A stretch of 64,000 nucleotides of DNA from Alphaproteobacteria bacterium (lineage in GTDB: Bacteria; Pseudomonadota; Alphaproteobacteria; UBA828). This document shows, in pieces, positions 41,115 through 52,004 of this stretch (position 1 is its first letter; every line of letters starts with the position of its first letter). The notes under the pieces were generated by a model that had not been told where the DNA came from, did not search any database, and saw only the letters and a program-made list of their open reading frames with translations. The stretch is from contig CBDCCI010000002.1 in the NCBI GenBank assembly GCA_965214705.1, forward strand, positions 2,978,944 through 3,042,943. Direction: 5' to 3'. The translations under genes and the position numbers were made by a program.

Positions 41115-42266
41115 GTGCCGGCAAGGGAACGCAGGAAGCTCACCGACGACGCCGTCGCAGGTCTCCGCCCCCGCGCGCGGGAGTATGCCGTCTGGGACAA
41201 GAGCGTGCCCGGCCTCGGGGTCCGGGTCCGTCCGAGCGGCGCAAAGACCTGGGTTCTGCTGGAGCGCGCCGGGGGGCGCTCCAGGCGCGTCTCCCTCGGC
41301 CCGGTCTCGACGAGGACCGTGGAGCAGGCGCGGCGGGAGTGCCATGAGCGCCGGGCAAGCCCGGAGACGGACAAGCCCGTCCGTCCGGCGCCCGCCGCCC
41401 CCCTGTTCCGCGAGTTCGTGGAGGGTCCATGGAAGGAGGCGATTCTCGGGCGCTGCAAGCCCGCGACCGGGAAGTCCTATGCCTGCCTGCTCGATACCCG
41501 CCTCCTCCCCGCCTTCGGCGCGACCCCGCTCGACCGCATAACCCCCGCGCAGGTCAGGCGCTGGTTCGACGCATTCAGCCGCACCGCGCCCGGCAACGCC
41601 AACAACGCGCTCAAGCTGCTTCGCTCGATCTTCAACCTCGCCATCGCCCGCGGCCTCCTCGACAGCAACCCCGCGCAGGGCATCGCGCCCAACCGCCGGC
41701 CGCCGATGACGCGCTTCCTGTCGCGCGAGGAGATCGCGCGTCTTCACGCCGTCCTCGACGAAGAGGCCAAGCGGGGAGAGCGCTTCAGGCCGCAGGCCGA
41801 CATCGTCCGCCTGCTGCTTCTCACCGGATGCCGCAGGGGAGAAATCGCCGGGCTCCGCTGGTCCGAGGTCCAGGGCGGCGCGCTGATGCTCGCCGACAGC
41901 AAGACCGGGCCGAGAAAGGTTCTCCTCAACGCCCAGGCTAGGAGCATCCTGGACCGCCAGAAGCGGGGAGAAAGCCGGTTCGTGTTCCCTTCGCCGCGCG
42001 ATCCGTCGCGGCCGCGCGGGTCCGAACTCTCCCTCTGGTACCGGGTCCGCCGCAAGGCCGGCATCGAGGACTGCCGGCTTCACGACCTCAGGCATACCCA
42101 TGCCAGCCACGCGGTAATGAACGGCGTGCCGGTCCCTGTCGTCTCCCGGCTGCTTGGCCACTCCAATTCGCGCATGACGCTCCGCTACGCCCACCTCGGC
42201 GACCGCGACATCGAAGCCGCCGCCGAGAGGGTCGGAAAGGCCATCGCAGACATCATCGCCATGTAG
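41115..42266 (+). CDS. Tyrosine integrase, second of tandem pair 2
   Basis: GLGVRVRPSG, TGCRRGE, DSKTG, HDLRH, LGH...TLRY. Confidence 0.93.
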   Translation: MPARERRKLTDDAVAGLRPRAREYAVWDKSVPGLGVRVRPSGAKTWVLLERAGGRSRRVSLGPVSTRTVEQARRECHERRASPETDKPVRPAPAAPLFREFVEGPWKEAILGRCKPATGKSYACLLDTRLLPAFGATPLDRITPAQVRRWFDAFSRTAPGNANNALKLLRSIFNLAIARGLLDSNPAQGIAPNRRPPMTRFLSREEIARLHAVLDEEAKRGERFRPQADIVRLLLLTGCRRGEIAGLRWSEVQGGALMLADSKTGPRKVLLNAQARSILDRQKRGESRFVFPSPRDPSRPRGSELSLWYRVRRKAGIEDCRLHDLRHTHASHAVMNGVPVPVVSRLLGHSNSRMTLRYAHLGDRDIEAAAERVGKAIADIIAM

Positions 42267-42404
42267 GCAATCGATACGGCCCTGCCGTTCAGCGCTCCCG
42301 CCTCGCCCCGAACGCGCCGACATACGCCCCGGTGTCGAGCACGCCCCAGACCTCCTCGTGGTCAGGCCCGTGGAAGTCGCCGGCTATGCAGTCCGTGCCG
42401 GCGG

Positions 42405-42537
42405 CGCCGGTGGCGAGAGCTGGCGCTTCAAGAACCGCTCCTGACCCCAACGCGGGCCTCCCCTGCGGCTCGCTTGCCCCGGTGGGCCAACCTCCGACGT
42501 GCCACTCAGGGGGGTCAATTTTGAAAGCCGATTGACA
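42405..42537 (+). mobile_element. IS21-family right-end remnant
   Basis: istB-like end ESWRFKNRS* then GGGGTCAATTTT...CCGATTGACA; near-identical end at 58998-59047. Confidence 0.7.
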
Positions 42538-42704
42538 CCCGGTAGGGCGGTACCGCACGGCCTCTCGGAACGCTTACGCCGTGGCAGGACGCCCACTTGG
42601 GTCGTCGATGCGCGACCGCCATCATGGCGATCTCAGTGGCAGGGTACCTGGGTCGTTAGCGGCGAAGTTCGTTCCCGCTTACTCTCTCCGGGTGCGGCTA
42701 TTGC

Positions 42705-42941
42705 CTATGCGTTCCAGCGAATATCGCCCCCGGTCATCCGCCCGCCCACCGGCAGGAGGTTCATTGCCGCCCACGCGGAGAGCGACTTGCCGGCACCGGT
42801 TTCGCCGATGACGCCGAAGATCTCCCCGGCGCGGATCTCGAGGTTCACCCGATCAAGAACCACGATTTCGCCCTCGTCCCCGGGTGCTGGAAATCGAACT
42901 TCGAGCTCCTCGATCTCCAAGAGTGGTGCCGTCTGGGCCAT
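42705..42941 (-). pseudogene. Truncated dipeptide/oligopeptide ABC ATPase
   Basis: LLEIEELEVRF, GETGAGKS, premature stop. Confidence 0.8.
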
Positions 42942-42953
42942 GGTCCCCGGTCC

Positions 42954-43999
42954 CTAGCGACGCACGTCCAGCCAATTGCTGAGTGCCTCCCCGACCAGGG
43001 CGAACGAGAGCACGGTCAGGCATAGGGCCAATCCAGGAAAGGTGGCGATCCACCACTCTCCGGTGATGATGTACTCCGCACCTTCGGAGATCATGGCTCC
43101 CCACTCCGGCGTGGGTGGCTCGACCCCAGCGCCCACGAAGCTCAAGCCGGCGGTCAGAATCAGAGCCCAGCCGATGTTCACCGAGGCTTGTGCCACCGCA
43201 GCCGACATTGCATTGGGCAGAATGTGGCGAAGCACGAGACGCAGACCACTGTTGCCCGCACAGCGTGCAGCCTCCACGAATGCGCGCTCTCGGTAGGCAA
43301 GCACTTCAGAACGGATTAGCCGGGCGAAAATCGGCACGTTCAGAAAACCAATGCAGACTTCCTGACCTCTGATAATTTTGGGTGACACAGTTTGCGTGGA
43401 GATCCGGCCAGCGAGACGAGACGAAAGCGCCAGTTTCTGCGGCTTTCCGGTTGCGACGGGTGGCTCCGGCAAGACGTTCCGTATCAACTCAAAATTTCTG
43501 GCGGCCGCCGTGCTGCACGGAGCCGCGAGGCCCAGGGAGACGAGATTTGTGCGCAACCTCAAGACCATGACTATAGGGACCGCCCACACCTTTCCAGCTC
43601 GGGGTCAGGAAGTCTGCAATGATCAAGATCACATTCGACACGCTGGAGCCTGCGACGGCGGCCAGTGCCATGGCCAGAATGAACGGCGGAAACGACTGGA
43701 TGAAGTCGAGCGCTCTCATGACGAGCGCGTTCCACCATCCTCGCGAATAGCCCAGCAACGCACCGATCGGCATGGCGACCAGCAGCCCTCCCCCGACGCT
43801 GACGACGGCGATCAGGAGATCCAGGCGAGCGGCGTGAATGACTCTTGCGAGGATGTCGGCTCCGTAGCTGTTGGTGCCGAACCAGTGCGTGAGACTCGGA
43901 GGTTGCATGATCTCGAGTAGTGACGCGCGCTCCGGATCATAGGGAGTAAGAACGGGTCCAATGATCGCTATCAGGACCAGCAGTCCGAGCATGACGAAA
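42954..43999 (-). pseudogene. DppC/OppC-type permease, 5'-truncated and interrupted
   Basis: HWFGTNSYGADI, FVEAAR, HILPN, PTPEWG; removing the insertion restores NVILIIGFLNVP. Confidence 0.85.
43354..43616. mobile_element. 263-bp non-autonomous IS derivative, possibly IS1182-related
   Basis: IRs CAGACTTCCTGACC / GGTCAGGAAGTCTG; 5-bp duplication CAATG. Confidence 0.85.
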
Positions 44000-44225
44000 C
44001 CGGACACCCTCGACGAGCTGGACCGAGCGTCGCGGGCTGTTAGGGGTGGACTTGATGCGCACGAACATGGGGGGAGTGTAGCGCGCAGCGGCGATATCGC
44101 CAACACAAAATACCCACTAGGCACAACAAACCGACTTGACCGCACCGCTACCACTAAGTCATTGTCTTCGTTGAAATCTCCACGCGGGAGATCAGCCGAA
44201 ATCCGGCTCAACCGTCGAAGTCAGG
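44000..44225 (-). mobile_element. IS1634 left-end remnant
   Basis: End CCTGACTTCGACG; ORF stub MFVRIKSTPNSPRRSVQLVEGVR from 44068. Confidence 0.65.
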
Positions 44226-44419
44226 AGAATCCCCTCCATGTTGGAATACCGGCTGCCCAGTAAGCCGGTCCCGGCGGCGCTTGAAAGCACCAGGCCGGCT
44301 ACCCCAACCATGGCTTCGTCGACAACAGTCAACTAACATTCATCCGCGCTCATGTCCTGACGAGCGGTCGACCTCCGATACTGAACCGTCAAACCCAACG
44401 GCACCAAGTCTATATCACC

Positions 44420-47400
44420 ATGACCGATCTACCAGCTAACCTGACCAACGCCATTCGCGACCAAAGGGCCGTCCTATTCTTAGGGGCCGGGGCCAATCAC
44501 CAAGCGACCCATCCCGCTGGGCAGACTATTCCTCAAGGAACCGATCTTCGCGACATGATTTGCGATAAGTTCCTCGATGGACAACTAAAGGATAAGCCAC
44601 TCACTGCTGTATCTGCTATGGCATCTAATGAGGTAGGTTTAACTTCTTTTCATTCGTTTCTACGAGACCTGTTCGAACCGTTTGGGCCGGCGCCACATCA
44701 CCTTCTTATCCCTACTTTTCGTTGGCGAGCTATTATTACAACAAATTTCGACATACTTGTGGAGAGAGCTTATAGCCAGGCGCCGCATTCCTTGCAACAT
44801 CTTGTAAAGACGGTGAAGGATGGCGACAATTTTGATGTGAGACTTCATAAGGAAACGCATCCGGTAGCGTACTATAAATTGCACGGCTGCATTGACCATT
44901 GTCATGATTCACAAATACCAATTATCCTTGGTAACGAGCAATATGCCAGTTACGAAGCATACCGCACCAGATTTTACGCGCGCTTTCGAGATCTAGGTTA
45001 CGAATATCCGATACTATTTGCGGGTTACTCCATTTCCGATCCCCACGTACAGCACATGCTATTTGATTTGACCGACCCCAGTATTGGCAGACCATCCTAC
45101 TTTTTGCTTTCCCCGGGAATCACGGATTTCGAATCCCGTTACTGGATTACTAATCGGGTTATCCCTATAGACATTACCTTCCAGGACTTCCTAAAGAGGC
45201 TTGACGAAGATATTCCTAGTGCCGCTAGGACAATCCCAGTAGATCTTGGAGGTGGAGATCTTTCCATCCGTAAACACTATCGCACAACGGGTGCCTCGGA
45301 GTCACCTTCGCTGGCGAGCTATCTTTCCAACGATGTTACGCACGTTCATTCAGCGTTGGTTGCTCCCAGACAAGATCCCAAAGACTTCTATCGTGGGCAT
45401 GATGACGGCTGGGGGTGCATACTGCAGAATCTGGACGCTCGCCGCAACTTTGCCGATTCTGTTTTGGTTGATGCGATTCTGCTTTCCGAAGAGGATCGAC
45501 TATCGGCGGAGCTATTTGTCCTCAAGGGCCCCGGAGGAAATGGTAAGACCATTTCCCTCAAGCGGGTCGCTTGGGAGACGGGGGTCACTTTCGATCAGTT
45601 AGCTATCTATGTCGACAGTCCCGCGGGAGTACAAATAGAGGCCGTAGAGGAAATTAATCGACTTACAGCTAAGCGCATTTTTGTTTTCGTAGATCGCTTA
45701 GCGCTGGTTAGAGATGAGCTGCGAGACTTATTGCACGCCGCCCGTGCGCGGACGATACCTATAACGGTCGTTGGAACGGAGCGATACAATGAGTGGAATA
45801 TCTACTGTGAGCAACTAGAACCGTTTGTCCGACAAGAGTTCGCAGTGCGTTATCTAAGTGAAAAGGAGATAGGAGCGCTCCTGGAGTTGCTGGAGCGCCA
45901 TGGATCTCTAGGACTTCTCCAAGACCAGACTCCGACAGCACGCATCGAGGCGTTTACTAAGGCCGCCGAGCGTCAGCTGCTCGTGGCTTTGCATGAGGCC
46001 ACCTTAGGAGTGCCATTTGAAGAAATCGTAGTAGATGAATATCGGCGAATTGAACCCGAGTCCGCGCGAGGCCTGTATCTGGACATTTGTGCCCTCCACC
46101 AATTTGGAGCACCGGTACGTGCAGGTCTTATTTCTCGGGCGTCTGGCGTTGGATTTGACAGGTTTGAGCGGGAGTTCCTTGCTCCTCTCGACCACGTGGT
46201 TCATGTGGTACGCGATCGTCATAGCTTTGACGTATATTATACCTGTCGACATCAGCACGTGGCTGAAATGGTATTTAATCGCGTTTTACCATCGCCCGAG
46301 GACAAATATGATCATTTGGTTGGAATGGTAGGGGCGATTAATATCGACTACTCGTCGGATAGGGAGACGTTCTCCCGACTAATCAGAGGTCGTCGCATTG
46401 CGGAGATATTCCCGAGTCCAGAGTTGGGACGCCTATTTTACGATCATGTTCAAGATGCGGTACCTAATGATGCTTTTGTTTGGCATCAGCGTGCCGTCTT
46501 CGAGATTCAACACCGGGGCGGTTCTCTAGTACTCGCGGAGCAAGCGGCTAAACATGCCCACCAGCTAAACTCTAGGAGCCACAGCATTCAGCATACTCAG
46601 GCGGAAATCGCAAGGCGTTTAGCTAATGAAACTGATGACTCGCTACAAAAGCGGGCGCTGCGTCGACGTGCCCGCGCAAAATTGGGAGGAGGCACGGGTC
46701 GGTTGAGCGAGTATGATCTGTATACGCGGGCCCGGCTAGCAGTGGACGAAGTGGCCGAGGTCGTTGATGCCTTTAGCGCGGCTGAAAAAGAAGGTACTCC
46801 GGTCGGGTTCGTGGATGCTGTAAAGGAAGCGGAAGTGACGCTGCAGAGTGCACTGCAGCTGTTTCCGGAAAGTTCGGAGATACTTGCGACGGAAGCGATC
46901 TTTCGAGACCATCTAAATCAAACAAGCCGCGCACATGAGGCTCTGGAGCGCGCATTTAATTTGAATCCGAGACAGGATTGGTTAGCGGTGCGGCTGGCGC
47001 GAAGATTCGTAGGCATGGGAGACACAGAAAGTGGCAAGAGAGTATTGGCAACTTGCCTTCGCGATAACCCGGGAAGTAAGGTAGCTCATTTGGAAATGGG
47101 GAAAATGCTCATCGCAACCGATGACACGGCAGGGGGGTTAGAGCACTTGAGGCGAAGTTTCACTGAAGGAGATAACAACTTCGAAGGGCAGTTCTGGTGT
47201 GCACGTGAGCTGTTTCTGCAGAGGCATTTTGAAGAATCAGAAAGGTTGTTTGGCGCAATTAACGCGAGAGCGCCGGGTAGGTATCGGACTCAGGGTGGTG
47301 CAGCTGTTGAGAGAGAAGGCACAATGGTTTTCTATGACGGTCTGATGCAAAGGAAGGAAGAAGGTTACGCTTTTGTTCAACTGTTGCAATTTGCACAAGA

Positions 47401-47530
47401 CGTGTTTGCATCTATAGCTGAAAGCGAGGCGGCGGAGTGGGAAGCATTGCATGCCGGATCACGCGTAATATGTGGGCTTTCCTTTAGTCGGCGAGGAGGA
47501 AGAGCCGTGGATGTTCGGCTCTCGTTCTGA
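44420..47530 (+). CDS. SIR2-like + STAND-type NTPase + TPR + cold-shock-like OB protein, putative antiviral
   Basis: LFLGAGA, ITTNFD, KLHG, FAGYS..DP; GPGGNGKT, FVFVD; helical repeats; C-terminal GYAFV...DVF; lower GC than flanks. Confidence 0.85.
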   Translation: MTDLPANLTNAIRDQRAVLFLGAGANHQATHPAGQTIPQGTDLRDMICDKFLDGQLKDKPLTAVSAMASNEVGLTSFHSFLRDLFEPFGPAPHHLLIPTFRWRAIITTNFDILVERAYSQAPHSLQHLVKTVKDGDNFDVRLHKETHPVAYYKLHGCIDHCHDSQIPIILGNEQYASYEAYRTRFYARFRDLGYEYPILFAGYSISDPHVQHMLFDLTDPSIGRPSYFLLSPGITDFESRYWITNRVIPIDITFQDFLKRLDEDIPSAARTIPVDLGGGDLSIRKHYRTTGASESPSLASYLSNDVTHVHSALVAPRQDPKDFYRGHDDGWGCILQNLDARRNFADSVLVDAILLSEEDRLSAELFVLKGPGGNGKTISLKRVAWETGVTFDQLAIYVDSPAGVQIEAVEEINRLTAKRIFVFVDRLALVRDELRDLLHAARARTIPITVVGTERYNEWNIYCEQLEPFVRQEFAVRYLSEKEIGALLELLERHGSLGLLQDQTPTARIEAFTKAAERQLLVALHEATLGVPFEEIVVDEYRRIEPESARGLYLDICALHQFGAPVRAGLISRASGVGFDRFEREFLAPLDHVVHVVRDRHSFDVYYTCRHQHVAEMVFNRVLPSPEDKYDHLVGMVGAINIDYSSDRETFSRLIRGRRIAEIFPSPELGRLFYDHVQDAVPNDAFVWHQRAVFEIQHRGGSLVLAEQAAKHAHQLNSRSHSIQHTQAEIARRLANETDDSLQKRALRRRARAKLGGGTGRLSEYDLYTRARLAVDEVAEVVDAFSAAEKEGTPVGFVDAVKEAEVTLQSALQLFPESSEILATEAIFRDHLNQTSRAHEALERAFNLNPRQDWLAVRLARRFVGMGDTESGKRVLATCLRDNPGSKVAHLEMGKMLIATDDTAGGLEHLRRSFTEGDNNFEGQFWCARELFLQRHFEESERLFGAINARAPGRYRTQGGAAVEREGTMVFYDGLMQRKEEGYAFVQLLQFAQDVFASIAESEAAEWEALHAGSRVICGLSFSRRGGRAVDVRLSF

Positions 47531-47556
47531 TGATAGGGCAGGAGGGCGTACAATGC

Positions 47557-47596
47557 GTGAGGTGGCCTCGGTTCGTCGGACAGCCTGGCGGCTGAG
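47557..47596. repeat. IS3-like terminal sequence, copy 1
   Basis: GTGAGGTGGCCTCGGTTCGTCGGACAGCCTGGCGGCTGAG, identical at 51711-51750. Confidence 0.65.
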
Positions 47597-47986
47597 TTAA
47601 GGTGTGAGTCCTTAACTGATTTTGGTGGAGTGATTCAGTCGTTTGGGCGGGTTGCTTTGTCTCTCCATTATGTATTATGTTACAGACGGTTGTGGGATGG
47701 CGCAAGTAAAATGTGGCGGTTCTGGTCTGATATAAAAATTCGGGCGTTGGGGGCTCAGTTGTAATCTGGGAAGTAAAGCCGTATGTCTGGTCGATCGGAT
47801 CTGTCGTGGCGGAGGGAATGCGGTGAAAATATGTCTGGATCGAGTGCATAAGGCGGAAGCAGGCGTCGACGTATCCGGAAGGCATTGGGTGATCTGCATT
47901 ATATGGAAATATGCAGGTGCTGGAAGCCGGAATAGGGGCTTGGCGAGGCGCGTCACCCCGTGTTGCCCTGTCATCGGGGCACCCTC

Positions 47987-48463
47987 ATGAGCCAACGGCC
48001 GGCGGAGCGCCGCGCACAGCACGCGGTGATGGCGACCGCAAGCGAATGGGCGCGCATTCGCAAACTCGCTGCCGACGCGGGCATGGATCTCTCGCGCTAC
48101 ATCGTGCACAGGGCGAGCGTGCCGGACCCGCTGCCGGATAGCGTTCTGCGCCGCGCGGTGCGCAAGCTTCTGTTGCTCGCGAAGATCAAGCAGCAGCGCA
48201 TGGCCGACATGGGCCTGGAGGAGCGCTGGAAGGCGCTCGGCGATGCCGGCGACGCGTGGCTCGACCGGGAGGCGGAGCTCGACCGGCTGACCGATCCGGG
48301 CGCCGCCGAACGCTGGCACGCGGTCTCGGTGAGCGCCGATCCAGAGGGCGGCCCCCGCGCCGCAGCCCTGAGCGATGGCGAGCGTGGTGCGCCGCACGCT
48401 TGCAAAATCTGGCCGCATTTGACCGTGATTGAACGAAGGCGCTTCGCGCAGTTGACCGGCTAG
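47987..48463 (+). CDS. Hypothetical protein, possible ribbon-helix-helix N-terminus
   Basis: EWARIRKLAADAGMDLSRYI pattern. Confidence 0.45.
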   Translation: MSQRPAERRAQHAVMATASEWARIRKLAADAGMDLSRYIVHRASVPDPLPDSVLRRAVRKLLLLAKIKQQRMADMGLEERWKALGDAGDAWLDREAELDRLTDPGAAERWHAVSVSADPEGGPRAAALSDGERGAPHACKIWPHLTVIERRRFAQLTG

Positions 48464-48469
48464 AGCGAC

Positions 48470-48967
48470 GGCAGCCGGCCGGGCCAGGCCCTGCGCGGGA
48501 GCAGTGAGCTGCACGCCTGGGGAGACAGCAATCTCTACCTGCGCCGGCGTGACAGGAAGATCGTCATGACCGTCGAGCATCGCGATGCCCGGGACCTCGC
48601 CGACATCGAGCTGGAGCTCGTCGAAGACGGATATGGACCGGCCTTCCACGCCAGGCAGGAGGCCGAGCCGGACAATGCTCGGAGCGAGGCCCCGGCCGAT
48701 GCCGGGCAGCGTATCCTGCAGGCGATCGAGAGCGCAGAATGCCCGCTCTCCCAGCGCCAGATCCGCCAGCGAGCCGCCACCCGGCCCGCCACCGTCGCCG
48801 AGGTCCTGCACAAGCTCATCCGCGAGGGACGTGTCGAGCGCGTTCCCGAGGGGGGCTACCGCATCGCCGCTGCCGGGACCAAAGGCGCGGCCGCGCCAAC
48901 GGCCGCCGTCAATGGCAAGGGCCGCCAGGGGGCGTTACCGAAAACCGTTACCGCCCCGAACGCCTAG
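48470..48967 (+). pseudogene. C-terminal fragment of a RepA-like ATPase/helicase with wHTH
   Basis: RPGQALRGSSELHAWGDSNLYLRR, then PLSQRQIR...LIREGRV. Confidence 0.6.
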
Positions 48968-49042
48968 AGAGGGAGGGTAACGGTAACGGGTAACACCCGC
49001 AGCCCGCCTCCCTTCCAAGCAGGCCTTCGCCGGGACCCGGCA

Positions 49043-49290
49043 ATGAGCGGCGGCGATCCCCCGGCCGCCTGCCGCAACATCCCCCTCGACCGGGTCGCCG
49101 CCGCTCTCGGCTACCGAAGAGACCCAACCGACCGGGCGCGCTTCAGGCGCGAGGGCTCGGTCGTCAGCATCAACGGCGAGAAGTTCTTCGATCACCTGCG
49201 CGGCACGGGAGGGGGTGGCGCCATCGATCTCGTCATCCATGCAACGGGGTGCCGATTCCCGGACGCTCTCCGCTTCCTCGGAGGCCATGA
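49043..49290 (+). pseudogene. Primase-like N-terminal fragment
   Basis: IPLDRVAAALGY, KFFDH..GTGGGGAIDLVIH...FPDALRFL. Confidence 0.55.
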
Positions 49291-49509
49291 GGGCCTTGCT
49301 CGCCTGGGCAAGACACGGAACACCCCGAGGGTTGCGCCTGTTCTCGCGCTCGCACAACTCGCGCGCCAGAGAATGCCGCGTCCGATCCGTCTCGCCGGAC
49401 GCCCCCTTCAGCCACTCGACCGTCCCGGCGCTCAAATGCCGAAGCCCAATCTGCATGCACAGAACATGCAGACGCGGCACTACCTTGTCAACTGTGTCCC
49501 ATTGATAGG

Positions 49510-50135
49510 CCCGCGGGCGGGGGGAGCTGGAGTTCCACGGCACTGTCGCCCACCTCGCCAATCCCGGCGAGTTCCACGCCATGCTCGCCGCTGCCCGAGG
49601 CAAGGACTGGGTGGTCTACGCCAAGCGGCCATTCCGGGGGGCTGAGCAGGTCTTCCGGTACCTCTCGCAATACACGCACAGGATCGCCATCGGCGACAGC
49701 CGCATCACCGCCTTCGATGGCGAAAACGTTTCCTTCCGCCACCGCAAGCCGGCCTCGCCGGGGCAGAGAAGACCCCGATACGGGACGCTCACCCTCAGCG
49801 TCGACGAGTTCATCCGCCGCTTCCTGATGCACGTCCTGCCGGACGGGATGCACCGCATCCGCCACTTCGGCATCCTCGCCAACGGGTGCCGCGCGAGGAC
49901 GCTGGAGAGCGCGCGCGAGGCTCTCGGCACCGTGGGCTACGCCATCCCCGACGAAATGCCCGAAGACGATCATGATCGCAGCCGCGACTGCGAGCCCGAG
50001 ATCGCCGCCGCGCCCATCGCGTGCCCTCACTGCGGCGGCCTGTTGCGGCACGTCCGCGAAATCCCCCGTGAGCACGAGCCCCGTTCAACGCGCGGCCCAC
50101 CGGACAGGCGCCCGCCCTATGGTGCGCAGCCATGA
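49510..50135 (+). pseudogene. IS91-family Y2 transposase C-terminal fragment
   Basis: WVVYAKRPF, YLSQYTHRIAI, EFIRRFLMHVLP..MHRIRHFG, CPHCGG. Confidence 0.88.
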
Positions 50136-50801
50136 GAAATGCCCTGCTCGCGATGCTCCCAGGACCGCATACCGGAGGGCTCGCCTCCGCTCGCACTGGC
50201 CGGGCAGCCACAAGACCCCGGCCCGCTCAATCCGGCGCCAGCACCGCTCCCGAGCCCACCCCGACGGCCAGCAAGACGCCAATCCTCCCGGAAACCACGG
50301 CCTGAGCGAGCGGGTCACTTCGCTCCGCCGAAGCTCCTTCCACATAGCCAATGACCGTGCTCGTGGGCCGCGCCTTCGTTCAAACAGATTTAGCAGGCTC
50401 TCGCGAACCTGCTAAATCCTTAAGCCCAACTTCCGTTAGCATCTGATTGCCGATTTCGCCGGATTTTGCCTGTTTCCGCCCCTTCTGCGCAGTTTTGCGC
50501 CCGATTTGGCGCGAAATTCCCGAAACGATCGCCGAAACCGCCGGGATTCGGCGCTCCGGCGCTGGATCACGCCGTCCCGGCGCATCCACCAAAACCTGAA
50601 TACTAGTCAGTAGATGATCTTCGTGCCGTAATATTTGGGGCTTATATACAATAGTTGACGTGATCTACATGTGGGACATCGGGTGTTCTCGAGACCTCTA
50701 CATGATGTGGTTTGTCAACCATCAGGTATAAGCCCCTAATATTTCCTTCGTCGAACCAGTCCCTCCCGATATGATTCCCCCGATTCTCTAGGCACGCCCA
50801 T

Positions 50802-51710
50802 ATGCACATCGAAACCACCCAATCCGGAAACTCCCGCTGCCACCTCCTCAGACAGTCCTACTGGCAGGACGGAAAACCCAAGAAGCGCACCCTGTGCAAC
50901 CTCTCCGCCCTCCCGGAACACGCCATCGAAGCCCTCAAACGCGCCCTCAAGCGCGGACCCGCCCTCAATCCCGACAGCGCCGACGTCGAACTGCGCGCCA
51001 GCCGGGCGCACGGCGCCGTCAGCGCCTCACTCGGCACCCTTCGCGACATCGGCCTCGACCGCGTCATCTTCCACCGGCCCGATCGCCGCAGGGCCCTCGT
51101 CATCGCCATGATCGTCGCCCGCCTGATCCGGCCCGGCGCCAAGCTGCGCGTCGAGCGCGAGTTGGGAGCGGCCGGCACAACCACCCTCGCCGCCCTGCTC
51201 GGCGTCGAAGGCGTCAGCGTCGACGAACTCTACGCCGCCATGGACTGGCTGGGCGCGCGACAGGGCGCGATCGAGCGCAAGCTCGCCCGGCGCCATCTCG
51301 GAGAGGACGATCTCGTCCTCTACGACGTGTCCTCGAGCTACATGGAGGGCAACGCCTGCCCCATGGCGAAGCGCGGCTATTCGAGGGATCGCCGGGGCGA
51401 CCGCCCGCAGATCGTCTACGGCCTCCTCTGCACCCGCGATGGCTGTCCGGTCTCGATCGAGGCCTTCGCCGGCAACACCGGCGACCCGATGACGCTGGCC
51501 AGCCAAGTGCGCAAGGTCCGCGACAGCTTCGGCATCCGGCGGGTGGTGTTGGTGGGGGACCGCGGCATGATCGCGCAGACCCGCATCGACCGCGACCTCG
51601 CGCCCAACGGCATCGACTGGATCACGGCGCTGCGCGCATCCTCGATCCGCAAGCTCGTCGACCGGGGGCATGTCACACCCGGCCTGTTCGACACCTGGGG
51701 CCTCGCACGG
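50802..51710 (+). pseudogene. Truncated IS1634 transposase; probable left end at 50425
   Basis: LYDVSS, GYSRD, VGDRGM; cut at the IS3-like end; CCCAACTTCC at 50425. Confidence 0.85.
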
Positions 51711-52004
51711 GTGAGGTGGCCTCGGTTCGTCGGACAGCCTGGCGGCTGAGCTGGATGCTGATCCAGCTATCGGGGTCTCAATGCATCATCAAAGTCGCCG
51801 GGAAACACATCCAACAACGCCAACAACGGTCAGTAAAGCGACGCCCATGCGGCCCATCACAGGCCGGCAACAAGCCAGCACAGGCTTCCGTATGGCAGGA
51901 ACGCAGGGTTGGACGGGACCTGATTATGCCGACAACGCTTGCGAAAAAGCCCGGGGATTCAATGCCCCGGGCTGCAAACGCGGCATAACCCTATTGTCGG
52001 CATG

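Noticed and set aside
39945-42323. 792-aa minus ORF and similar long antisense ORFs (9503-11044, 55056-56837, 5671-7062)
   Set aside because: Shadows of real genes in GC-rich DNA, with no motifs
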